64,000 bases of DNA, taken from contig CM106585.1 of the NCBI GenBank assembly GCA_048013815.1, positions 20,460,001-20,524,000 of the forward strand. Reading direction: 5' to 3'. Of the stretch, positions 39,601 through 50,393 are shown one piece after another (position 1 is the stretch's first letter; each line of letters opens with the position of its first letter). Below the pieces are notes generated by a model. It did no database searches and was not told where the DNA came from. It was given only the letters and a program-made list of their open reading frames with translations. The stretch comes from Setoptus koraiensis. Taxonomy: Eukaryota; Animalia; Arthropoda. Position numbers and translations under genes: made by a program.

Positions 39601-42600
39601 TTGTGTGTTTCTTTGAGGATATAAACATACTATTAAAAAGCTGACGCTTAAACAATGAATGATCATTAGTATTCTGCGAATCATAGGCCATTAGTAAATA
39701 AGTTTTTTGTTAACATTTATAAACTTTTCTGTTATCACTCGACCGATGATGTTCTTTTTTCTTCTTTTAGATGGATTGCAGCGACCCAGTTTCAAGCAAC
39801 GGATGCAAGGAAGGCATTCCCGTGTTTTGATGAACCATGTAAGTTATAGATATCAATGATGATGTAGTTGCAGACTATTACCGGGCTAATCGTTTCAATC
39901 AACAGTTGTGTGTGTGTGTGTCTAGCCAGTAAAAGTGTTTGGATCTATCAATCAATTGAAGAGATTTCCCATGATTTAAGTGACTCAACAAGAAAGCATC
40001 AATGTATATTTATATGTATTTCTATTTCTATTAAGAAAGCAAGTTTGCAAACTATGAGAAACAACCCGACTAGTAGCCGGTAGGAATAGGTATCATTCAT
40101 GCTTAGGTTGATGAAAGAATATCATGAAAAATGAATAGACGAATAGTCTACTTGAACTGAACATGGAGATCACTGAAATCGTCGTTTCACTATGAATAAC
40201 TTTCTCTCACATAAATGAATCCTGTTAGTAGGGTAGTAAAGTTGGCAGCCGGTAAAAAGAACGAAGATCATTGATCTATGTTATATAATAATCAACAAAA
40301 CCATCATCGGCATAATAATAATTCAAGCATATGAAATTAGTGGCTTCGGCCAACTCATCTCATCGGACCGTAACTAATTACCTAAATATTTTATCTCATG
40401 TATCCACGCACATTCAACATGGACGTTGATCTCGTCTGCATCCTTGCCAATACAAATAGTATACAAGGCAACATTTGGTATCACCATCAAACACTGGACT
40501 AACATGACTGCTCTCTCAAACATGCCCCTCGTTAGCTCAAAGTAAGTGCAAACAACTATGCCTGCAATCCCATCATAGATTGGCGCAAAGGTGCCAACTA
40601 GATTGATCATCGTTTTAGTAAAGTGTTTGCATAATATCCTTGTCCAACAACAGTCACTAACTAATTTCCTACTTCTCGATGTTAATCTGACTAACCAACT
40701 CTGAAACTACCCATTGACCATAATGATATGATACAATAATGATCCTAAATATAGTAATGATGAGCCAGGATGGGTTACGGATAAATTTGCTGTGTCTCAT
40801 CGTATGTCCACATACCTTGTAGCTTATGCTGTGACAAATTTCGAGTCTAAGACTCTCGGAAATGTGAGTGATGATGCCCATTACTTAAAATGATAGATTG
40901 TCTATTGTTGTTGTTGATGAAACTAATCTACTAACACTTATATTTCCTGATTGAATAATACGCCCACAAACTAGATCACTGTCTGGGCTAGGCCTGCGAT
41001 GATTAATTCAGCAGATTACGCTTTAAATATATCCGGCAAGATATTGAAACACTATGAAAAGTTTTTCGGTATTGATTTTCCGTTACCCAAGATGGACATG
41101 ATAGCTTTGCCTGACTTTAACGCGGGTGCCATGGAAAATTGGGGCCTAATAACTTATCGTGAAACTGCCATGTTGTATGATGAGAAAATATCATCTCTCA
41201 GCAACAAACAACGTGTGGCCACAGTTGTTGCCCATGAGCTTGCTCACCAGTGGTTTGGCAACTTAGTAACACCAAAATGGTGGGATGACCTATGGCTCAA
41301 TGAAGGTTTTGCTTCGTACGTGGAATACATTGGCGTGGATCATGTTGAACCCGATTGGAAGATGCTAGATCAATTTGTTGTTGAAGAGAATCAAGATGTG
41401 CTAAAGGCTGACTCATTGTCAACATCGCATCAAATTTCTATACCGGTCACTAACCCTGATGAGATCACTGAAATATTCGACAGGATATCCTATGGTAAAG
41501 GAGCCTCAATTATCAGAATGATGAACCACTTTTTGACTGAAGATGTTCTCAAGGCAGGTCTGAGAAATTATTTGGCCGCTCTCAAATACGGCAATGCAGA
41601 GCAATCAGATCTCTGGCATTATCTGACTGAAGTACAATCCGAAATGAACGTTAGTAAGATAGTTGATGTTAAAAAAGTTATGAACTCTTGGACATTGCAA
41701 ACAGGATTTCCATTAGTTACTTTGACACGAGATTACAAAAAGAATAGTGCCAATCTTGAACAGAATAGATTTCAAATACTGTCCAAGGAGGGAACAGCAA
41801 TTGATCTTGTTAGTAAATGGGAAATACCCATCACAATGACATCAGCGAAAAACCCAAACTGGGAGCCACGTACCAGATTGTGGATGCATCAGGACGATGA
41901 TGGTCCCGTTCCAGTAGATTCCAGTCTTGTGCCAAATACAAACCAATGGATGTTGATAAATGTAGATCAAGTTGGTTATTACAGAGTCAATTATGATGCC
42001 AAAAATTGGCAATTGCTGATAGAGCAACTAGTCGTCAATCACACCGCTATCAATCCTATCAATCGAGCTCAAATATTAGATGATATTTTTGATTTAGCCA
42101 AAAATAGTTTAATTGATTATAAGTTTGCCATGAACGCAACAAAATATCTCAAGAAAGAGACAGACTTTCTAGCTTGGGATACCATACTTAGATCGTTTGT
42201 ATTTATTGATGATATGCTTCAAAGGGCCCCTATTTATGGCGAATGGAAAGAGTATGTTTCCGAGTTGATTGAAGAATTCTACAACAAATACAAAGATCAG
42301 AGTTGGACAATCGACGGAATGAAAGAATCACATTCAAAGAATGATGTTTTAGCCATGTATAATCGTGTTAATGCTATCTCTTGGGCATGTACAGTTAATC
42401 AGCATTGTATTAAGAAGGCTCGAGTTTTGTTTGATGAGTGGAAGAATACTGGCGTAAACAACATCGACCCGAGTCTCAGAGGTATTCTTTATTGCAATGT
42501 TATTGAGAATGGAGACAAGTCAGATTGGGAATTCTTGTGGAAGAAATATGTTGTAGAACAAAGTGCAAATGAAAAAGATAGATTACTCAGATCTATGGCT

Positions 42601-43221
42601 TGCAGTAAAGAACTATGGATACTATCCAGATATTTGGAATGGATATTTGATAAAACAAAACCCATTCGACGACAAGACGGTAGCTTTGTGTTCAGAGCAG
42701 TCGCCAGGAATAATTACGGAAGAGATGTAGCATTCAACTTCTTGAGAGAGAGGTGGCAAACAATCAAGGACTAGTAAGTATCACAATGTGAATTACAAAT
42801 TGTAAGAACTGGAATATTCAGCAAGCTCAAAACTAATCATCTACTATGCTTAATACTCTCGCACAGCTATGGTAAATCGTCATTCTCATTCAGTGGTCTA
42901 ATTAAGTCAGTATCAAGCTCTTTGAATACTAACTTCGAACTGCAACAGGTGAGTAACAGCGCTAAGAACTTGATCAAGCCCCATTTGACTAATCAGAGTG
43001 ATACCATAGTTCATAATTAACATGAGCATCTCTACCTTTCCACTTCCACACCCAAACAGCTCATTTCTTTCTATAAGAGCATTCGAAATGATGTCGGGAC
43101 AGCTAAGCGATCCTTCTTGCAATCAATAGAAGAGGTGGAGAGCAACGTTGCTTGGATGTCTAAGTATTATAAGACTCTAGAGAGTTGGATCAGAGAAACC
43201 AGAGGAAAACCTCATTTGTAA
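36604..43221 (+). CDS. M1-family zinc aminopeptidase (aminopeptidase N-like), type II membrane protein, 8 exons
   Basis: Exons 36604-37944, 38087-38403, 39771-39838, 40460-40541, 40755-40863, 40975-42773, 42867-42948 and 43060-43221. Motifs: [54 protein letters not shown](x)[20 protein letters not shown]. One TM segment near aa 353-381. Confidence 0.93.
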
Positions 43222-43313
43222 ACTAATGAATTTGTATTCATAAACACTAATTAAATATTAATAGTAGACAAGCACGCACAACAGAACACGATGGTGTCAT
43301 AAAAACTTCAATT

Positions 43314-43319
43314 AATAAA
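43314..43319 (+). terminator. Polyadenylation signal AATAAA of the aminopeptidase gene
   Basis: AATAAA about 90 nt after the stop codon, in the 170-bp gap to convergent XPA. Confidence 0.55.
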
Positions 43320-43390
43320 TATTGAATTCGTCACAATACTAACACCAGTATTATTATTGATGACATTAAGAATTATCAAAATTGATATTG

Positions 43391-44011
43391 CTACATTTCT
43401 TCATAGGTGATTTTGTGATGACAAGTCTTACATTCTTTTTCGTAAACATCGTCATCTGGAATGTAGGTAGGCTCACCAAACTCATGTTCGTGGGCGGAGG
43501 TAGATTTCTTATATAAGCTTGATCGTACTTCCATCCTGAGGCTTTTCATCTTTTTGTCATAGTTTTTCTGTTTAGCAGCAGAGCGCCTTTCTTCTCGTTT
43601 TTCTAACTCTTCCTCTAGGTTATCTTCGGAGCCATGAACCATTAGAGCCCTCTCCTCAATTTGTAACTTCAAGTACAACTTCATATCACCTCGCTGTGCG
43701 TATGGATTTTTTTTGAGTATATATCTGAGGGGTGGCTCTCTTAGGTCAAGATCGCAGTCTTTGAGAAGATATTTTGTTTTGGCTTCAGTTCGAGTTATTA
43801 ATTGGTGAACTTCTTGAGAGTCTCGACAATCATCACAGACATTCATACCAAAATGTGAATACAAATATGATCTAAGAAATCCAATGTGACAATCTTCACA
43901 ATCCTTGAGGCTGTTTTCATCGAGTGGGGGGAAAGAGCTTGATGGTAGCTTCATTGGTTGGTTGGTTATGGATGATGATCCAACAGGACCACCCGAGCTC
44001 GACGATGCCAT
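43391..44011 (-). CDS. XPA: DNA repair protein XPA, single exon, N-terminally shortened
   Basis: C4 zinc finger CEDC...VCDDC, LITRTEAK.KYLLKDCDL..REPPL, KKNP...GDMKLYLKLQIEERA, LRMEVRSSLYKK, HEHEFG, C-terminal CKTC...YEEM. Confidence 0.95.
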   Translation of the reverse strand: MASSSSGGPVGSSSITNQPMKLPSSSFPPLDENSLKDCEDCHIGFLRSYLYSHFGMNVCDDCRDSQEVHQLITRTEAKTKYLLKDCDLDLREPPLRYILKKNPYAQRGDMKLYLKLQIEERALMVHGSEDNLEEELEKREERRSAAKQKNYDKKMKSLRMEVRSSLYKKSTSAHEHEFGEPTYIPDDDVYEKECKTCHHKITYEEM

Positions 44012-44414
44012 TTTGTTTTTGACTTCAGCCTTATCGATTTTAAAATTAGGTGATAGCTATATGTGAATATGGCTGATCTCATTTAGGTCAAAAATCCTAA
44101 TGAAACTGATCTTTACAACTGTTGGGAGCAAACATCGGGACACAAATGCAGTTCAGATGTAAACAAAGATCAAACAGCTGATTCTTCGAGCACGCAAATC
44201 TCAAAATGCGGCATGAGTTCAATGTTTTTATGGCAGGATCTCAGAATATTGTTGCAGCAATCTAAAGCACCATCGACTATTTATTTATTTTCTTGTCTTG
44301 TATTACTGGACGAAACCTAGATAAAGACTGCAACATTCAGAGTGTCAGGATATCAAATGTATATAAATTAAATGTAGATACGAACAAAATATTCATCCTA
44401 GAACCATCTCGAAA
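44012..44414. promoter_or_regulatory. Compact bidirectional promoter region of XPA and SNRNP40
   Basis: 403 bp between divergent ATGs; contains DRE-like TATCGATT near 44032 and an E-box CAGCTG at 44175-44180. Confidence 0.6.
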
Positions 44415-45691
44415 ATGACGAAAAGAGTTTCAGAAAATGAGCCGGATTTATCTATGATATTACACAAGAAATCTAAAAACTCCCCACTTGTACCCCAACC
44501 TGGAGAACAAGAATGTAAAACAATATCAGAATCAACGGTAATCATTTCGATTCTTTTTGAATAATAGATCTCAACACGGCTTATCAGCAATTGTAATCAT
44601 TTTCACCTGACATTTTCTCTTATTCATTTTCTTATTTTCTCATTGATTTAGGCCCCACCACAACAAAAAATTTCGAGCCTGAAAAGTCCAATCATGTTAC
44701 TGACAGGACACGATGGTGAAATATTTTCGACTAAATTCCATCCGAACGGGAAAACCCTAGCAAGTGCAGGAAGCGACAGATCAATCTGTAAGTAGTCCAG
44801 AAGTTAGCTCAGCGAATCAATCAAATCCAATCTATTATATAATAATCTTAATTCTATTCGACATGTCATCCAGATTTATGGAATGTACACGACAAGTGTG
44901 AAAACTATGCTATCTTGAAGGCTGTCCACTCAAACACAATATTAGACCTTGCTTATTCCAGTGATGGAGATAAGATATTTTCTTGCTCTGCTGATAAAAC
45001 GATCATTGTATGGGACACAGAAACAGGTGGAAGAATCAGAAAACTAAAGGCTCATTCGTCCATAGTGAATGCAATTGGAACTACAAATTCTGATTGTAAC
45101 CTCTTGACTTCGGTGGGAGACGATCGTCAGATCAATATATGGGACATAAGAAAAAGAAACTATGTTCACAGTTTCAAAGATACCTACCAATTGACCTCAG
45201 TGACGTTCAATAAGAATGTCGATCAAGTGATATCTGGCGGAATCGAAAATATAATTAAAGTCTGGGATATCAGAAAGAACGAACTGGCCTATCCGATGCC
45301 GTGTCACTCTGATACAGTAACAGGTCTCAGTTTGAGCCCAGATGGAAGATCCATAGTGTCAAACTCCATCGATAATACTATTCGCATATGGGACGTGAGG
45401 CCACTCGCTCCAAGAGGAAGGTTGCTGGCAACTTTGACCGGACATCAGCACAATTTCGAAAAGAATCTACTCAGGTGTAGTTGGTCGCCCGACGGGAATT
45501 TTGTCACTGGAGGTTCGGCCGACAGAATGGTGTATATTTGGAACGTCGCCAAGAGGCAAGTCGTATATAGATTACCGGGACATAGAGGGAGCGTCAACGA
45601 AGTGGTATTTCACCCTTTTGAGCCTATTGTGCTATCCTGTAGTAGCGACAAACAATTATACATGGGCGAGCTAGTACTGTCGAACGACTGA
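44415..45691 (+). CDS. SNRNP40: U5 snRNP 40 kDa WD40 protein, 3 exons
   Basis: Exons 44415-44537, 44652-44787 and 44874-45691. SSLKSPIMLLTGHDGEIF..KFHPNG..LASAG.DR, seven WD repeats, HNFEKNLLRCSWSPDG, YRLPGH.GSVNEV.FHP.EPIVLS.SSDKQLYMGE. Confidence 0.95.
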
Positions 45692-45751
45692 CAGCGCAGC
45701 TCATAAGTTGATCGCGAGACTCGTAATCATTAATTGTTTCCAATTGGACAT

Positions 45752-46155
45752 GGGACTCAAGAAAATGGGTGTCAAATGTGACATGGTACAGTAGATCTCT
45801 TTCGATAAAGGTCGGGTCACTGCCAGTGGAAATTAAGTTCCAGATGATACAAAGTCCTTATCATGCTGACATGACGTTTTTTTTTATTTTTACAGTGGAC
45901 CAGGTTTCCATTGGCGTACCATTTCTACACTCGAACTTCTCTGAAACAAGGCTAATGTAAAGTAAATTGTAAGATGATTATATTTTAGGAAATATTAAAT
46001 CACCAAAGTTACGGTCAATCTCTACAAGTGGCCCAGCTCAATATGATTGCTCCTATCAACTGTCAGCGATGCTATGCGCGCTGAAATCATTTCGCCACCT
46101 GCCGAGCGATTTTTGTCTAACTTGAGTTTGTCATCGAGCGTCTGCGTATTGGGCA
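45752..46155. repeat. 404-bp direct repeat, copy 1
   Basis: Identical to 47732-48135 (offset 1980) except at 46034/48014 and 46090/48070. Confidence 0.95.
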
Positions 46156-47490
46156 ATTTTAAACGTTACGGCCCAATCGTAAGGGAACAACTAGACAATG
46201 ATCTTGTTTTTCTTCATTTATTCGATCCCAGTGACATCGAATCTCTCTTCAGACAGGAGGGGCATTTCTTGAGACTGAAGGGTCATATCCTCATCGAAGA
46301 TCACACAGGGCTTTGCTGAAATACCGTCTTGACAGGCCAGAGAAATATAATGATGGAGGTTTATTTCCTGAAAACGGTGCAAATTGGTATAAACAAAGAA
46401 AAAGATTTAACCATTTGCTGATGGCCAAGTCTAACGTTTCACGCTATGCCGACATCATAGAATCCATAACAACAAAATTCATTCCTTATCTAGTAAGCAA
46501 TAGAGATAGCAAAAGTTATGGGGTTACCTATTTACAAAAGTATTTATATGATTGGTCTATGGAGAATTCTCTTAAGATCATACTGAATACTCATGATGAT
46601 CATTTTGATAGCAAGCACTTGTCTAATATCAGGAAATTGATACAAGCCAATCATGATACGTTGGAATCTATAGCAAAAACTGAGACATCTCACAATGAAT
46701 TATGGAAAAATGCCCCAGCTAAATGCCCCATCAGAAATTATTAAGATCACAAGAAACCGTATATGATTTTGTCTTTAATCAAATCAATAGAACCAGGGCA
46801 AATAGTGAGGGCAAGTCAACCAAAGAATCACTCTTATCTCAGTTTTTGACGTTGGACGGCGCCGATGATAAAGATATCACAACAATGACCTTAGATCTTA
46901 TTCTTGCTGGTTTACACACCACCTCATTCTCCGTCGCTTTCGTTCTCTACCATTTGGCTCTCAATCCAGCAATACAAGGAGAGCTTAGGAAAGAGATTCT
47001 TCTCCATTTGCGACCCAACAAGTCTAAATTCACGAAGGAGTCATTTGACAAAATGACATTCCTTCACGATTGTGTAAAAGAAAGTATGCGATTGCAACCT
47101 CTGTCAGTTGGAACTGGCCGATATTTAGATTATGAGGCTACGGTCATACGTAATTACAGTATTAAGAAAAATACCAGGGTAATTACTCATAATCAAATAG
47201 CATGCCTGGACGAAAATACTTTCGAAGAGGCCTCACTATATAAGCCGTATCGATGGCAATCTTATCGATCCGGGCCACCGCAGAATAAACCTAATCCATT
47301 CGCATTGTTGCCGTTTGGTTACGGCGCAAGGATGTGCATAGGTCGAAGATTCGCCGAGCTCCAAATATGTCCTCTTGTTGGCCACACTATAAGGGATTTT
47401 AGGGTGGAGTGTCAAGATATAGTAAAAACAAAGACAATGTTGATAAATTTCCCAGAAAAGCCGATAACTATGAAATTTATCGATATATAG
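46156..47490 (+). pseudogene. dib: Mitochondrial-clan cytochrome P450, CYP302A1/disembodied-like; 5'-truncated with two frameshifts
   Basis: KRYGPIVRE...LFRQEG / SYPHRRSHRALLKYRLDRPEKYNDGGLFPENGANW (dib-like signature), I-helix AGLHTTS, ExxR (ESMR), heme motif PFGYGARMCIGRRFAE. Frame breaks at about 46260-46282 (20-nt excess) and about 46710-46730. The native N-terminus is not recognisable. Confidence 0.75.
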
Positions 47491-47625
47491 CTTCTTTATT
47501 CAGAGCATGGAGGATGTGATACATATATATGCGAAGGAAGTCGATCAGGTGAAAAAGATATAACTTAATACATGCATGACGTGAATGCAGCAAACTCTTG
47601 ATATAAATGAAATCTACTATTATAG

Positions 47626-47631
47626 AATAAA
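47626..47631 (+). terminator. Polyadenylation signal AATAAA downstream of the P450
   Basis: AATAAA followed by T/GT-rich genomic sequence with no templated poly(A). Confidence 0.5.
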
Positions 47632-47731
47632 CTTTTGATAACTTTGTATAAGTTGTGTATATTTGTCATAATCAACTCTTTGGTTGCTTACAAGTTTTTT
47701 TGTGCTGAAACCAGTCGATCTTTTGACATTC

Positions 47732-48135
47732 GGGACTCAAGAAAATGGGTGTCAAATGTGACATGGTACAGTAGATCTCTTTCGATAAAGGTCGGGTCAC
47801 TGCCAGTGGAAATTAAGTTCCAGATGATACAAAGTCCTTATCATGCTGACATGACGTTTTTTTTTATTTTTACAGTGGACCAGGTTTCCATTGGCGTACC
47901 ATTTCTACACTCGAACTTCTCTGAAACAAGGCTAATGTAAAGTAAATTGTAAGATGATTATATTTTAGGAAATATTAAATCACCAAAGTTACGGTCAATC
48001 TCTACAAGTGGCCAAGCTCAATATGATTGCTCCTATCAACTGTCAGCGATGCTATGCGCGCTGAAATCACTTCGCCACCTGCCGAGCGATTTTTGTCTAA
48101 CTTGAGTTTGTCATCGAGCGTCTGCGTATTGGGCA
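47732..48135. repeat. 404-bp direct repeat, copy 2
   Basis: 402/404 identical to 45752-46155. Confidence 0.95.
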
Positions 48136-48931
48136 TGCCTCATAGCGAGCGCCCAAACAAAACTCTTTAGCGGGGCGGGAGCGACCATCGGTAAGATGCG
48201 TCCTTCTGTGCCCCTTTATTGTCATCATTGTCCACGCCTCTTGGGCATTGTCCAGCCTAGGCAGGTTGCAGCAATTTGTTTATTGCAAGCGCAGCGTTAT
48301 GTCTGTTGACAAGCGATCGGCTGACATTGTTGCAAGTTGATCTCAAGGTTATGTAAATCTCGAAAGGAATCAAAGCGCCTCAAGCTGATAATCATGATTG
48401 TACCTAATGTGCGCGGTTCGGTCGGTTCGGTCGGTTGGTGTCGGCTGTGGCCAAGTGGGCGGTAATTGGCGCGTATGTTTGTCCTTGTGCCAGTTATCTC
48501 GTGCGCGAAAACATGTTTGGTTTTGTATTGGGCTGGTTCTCTGCGAAGATTGTTTTACATTCTGTATGCTATAGAATGCCAGAATCTGCCAGTACATGTG
48601 ATGATTTGATACGAGGGAGCGCGATGTGTGTGTGCACGCTGTATTATTCGAGCCGCACAACAATACAGCGTGAAACAAGACAGTCGGTATTCCATGCAGT
48701 TTGTGCATTTTAGGGCACACAAGTGTGACTAACAAAGTGAATTGCTTTAGCATTTGAGGCGCCCAAGAGCACAAAATTGCATCGCAGGCCATGCATACAG
48801 GCGCTATTCCTGCACAACCTGTGACTGCTTGCAATACTGTTTACTGCAACTACCACTACCACTGCAACTTCCACTACCATACCATACTACCAGAGCTATA
48901 TAATGGTATATAAATGATCATCAGATATTGA

Positions 48932-48933
<2 letters not shown>

Positions 48934-48971
<38 letters not shown>

Positions 48972-49218
48972 TGTGTGTGTGTTGTGTTGATGTGTGAATC
49001 TGGTGGCAGAAACGAGAACTGCGAAAGGCCTTCAGAACATTTGTGTGTATCGTGAGCGATTTTATACTCTACCGCTGTACATACTGGTATGCTGGTGTGT
49101 GTGCCACCGCTGTCACACACTGTCTGTTTGTGTGTGTGTCTGTGTGTTGCACACAATGTCTGTGTGCGTGCGTGTGTATGTGTGTGCGTGAGTGTGTGCG
49201 TGTGTGTGTGTGTGTGTG
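48934..49218. repeat. Compound (TG)n microsatellite region
   Basis: Perfect and interrupted TG runs at about 48934-48982 and 49120-49218. Confidence 0.85.
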
Positions 49219-49384
49219 CGTTGAAACGAACGAACGAACGAACGAACGATGTTGTGTGCAAGCCTGTGCGCACTTTGCGGGCGCTCATTGGACATCGAAG
49301 TCGAATTGAGAATCTCATCCATATTCCGGGTCGTCACAAGAGTTCTTCCAACAATCTCGTAGCGCTTTCGACCGCGCCGCGGCG

Positions 49385-49581
49385 CTACCTCCAATCCAAT
49401 GTGCCATTCCCAGCCGGCTCACTGTCATCGGCGGCCGCGTGGCGGACAAAACCAGTTCTAAATAGTGACAGAGAATCTTCTTTGCACTCGGTGCCATTCT
49501 TGAGCGAACAGCTACTCACCCAGCAGCACAAGCACAAACAATAACTACTGCTAACGCACAGAGATCGCATCGAACAGGCAT
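49385..49581 (-). other. Candidate signal-peptide-bearing small spliced ORF divergent from BCL9
   Basis: MPVRCDLCALAVVIVCACAA followed by a GG|GTGAGT donor, a 62-nt intron and a TTTAG acceptor, then in-phase GTGFVRHAAADDSEPAGNGTLDWR*. Confidence 0.25.
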
Positions 49582-49872
49582 TGGCTGACGACAAAGGACG
49601 AATGCTGGCGGACCAGCGCTCACAATTGAGCAAACAGCACCAGACAGGCTCGTTTCTCCTCTCATTTTAGAACGAGAGAGTTATCAGATATGATTTTTAT
49701 TAGACATAGTCACATAGATAGCCGACAGATACACACTAGACACAGAGGCTCGCCATCGCACCTCTTTTACTTAATTTTAACCACATTATTAAAACTCTCT
49801 CATTACACAACACTATACATACGCTAAAAGGCGCTAAAACAGAGCAAGAGACAGCAAGAGAGAAGGAGAGAG

Positions 49873-49875
<3 letters not shown>

Positions 49876-49914
<39 letters not shown>
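49876..49914. repeat. (GA)n microsatellite upstream of BCL9
   Basis: Uninterrupted GA run. Confidence 0.95.
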
Positions 49915-49916
<2 letters not shown>

Positions 49917-50393
49917 TGCAAGCGTTCAAGGAAGAAGAAGAAGCAAGAAGATATTTATCTTGGAAAAAGCGCTATCTTTGTCATCATTTCTCACTGAAGA
50001 TTATCTGTCTCTCTCGCTCTTTTCACTCACTATGTCGGGCTATCTGTCTGTGTATGTATCTGCATCTATCGCTATCGTCATTATGTATGTTTATTGACAC
50101 TATTTATTCGTCTAGACACTTGCACATACATACAACAACGATAGGGAATCAAGTTGGTCTCAAATCTCCAATAATAATTATAATTACATCCCATTGTACT
50201 GTTAAGCCATTAAGCCAGCAACGACATTATCGAGCTTTAATTAGCGCACAACAACAGCAACAACAATAATAATACTAATAATAACAACAACGGCGGCAGC
50301 CAGCAGCAACACAATAAAACTACCCCCCCTCCCCTACTATACAAGCCAAATCAGACAATAAGATCAAAAAGTCATCATTAGCTACAGTTTCAA

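Noticed and set aside
46262-46280. 19-nt GC-AG micro-intron repairing the first P450 frameshift
   Set aside because: Removing 19 nt does not restore the frame (20 are needed) and the length is far below other introns here
45752-48135. LTR retrotransposon or LTR-captured gene (repeats end in CA, copy 1 starts TG)
   Set aside because: Copy 2 starts CG, there is no 4-6 bp TSD, no TGG-type PBS after copy 1, no polypurine tract before copy 2, and no gag/pol sequence
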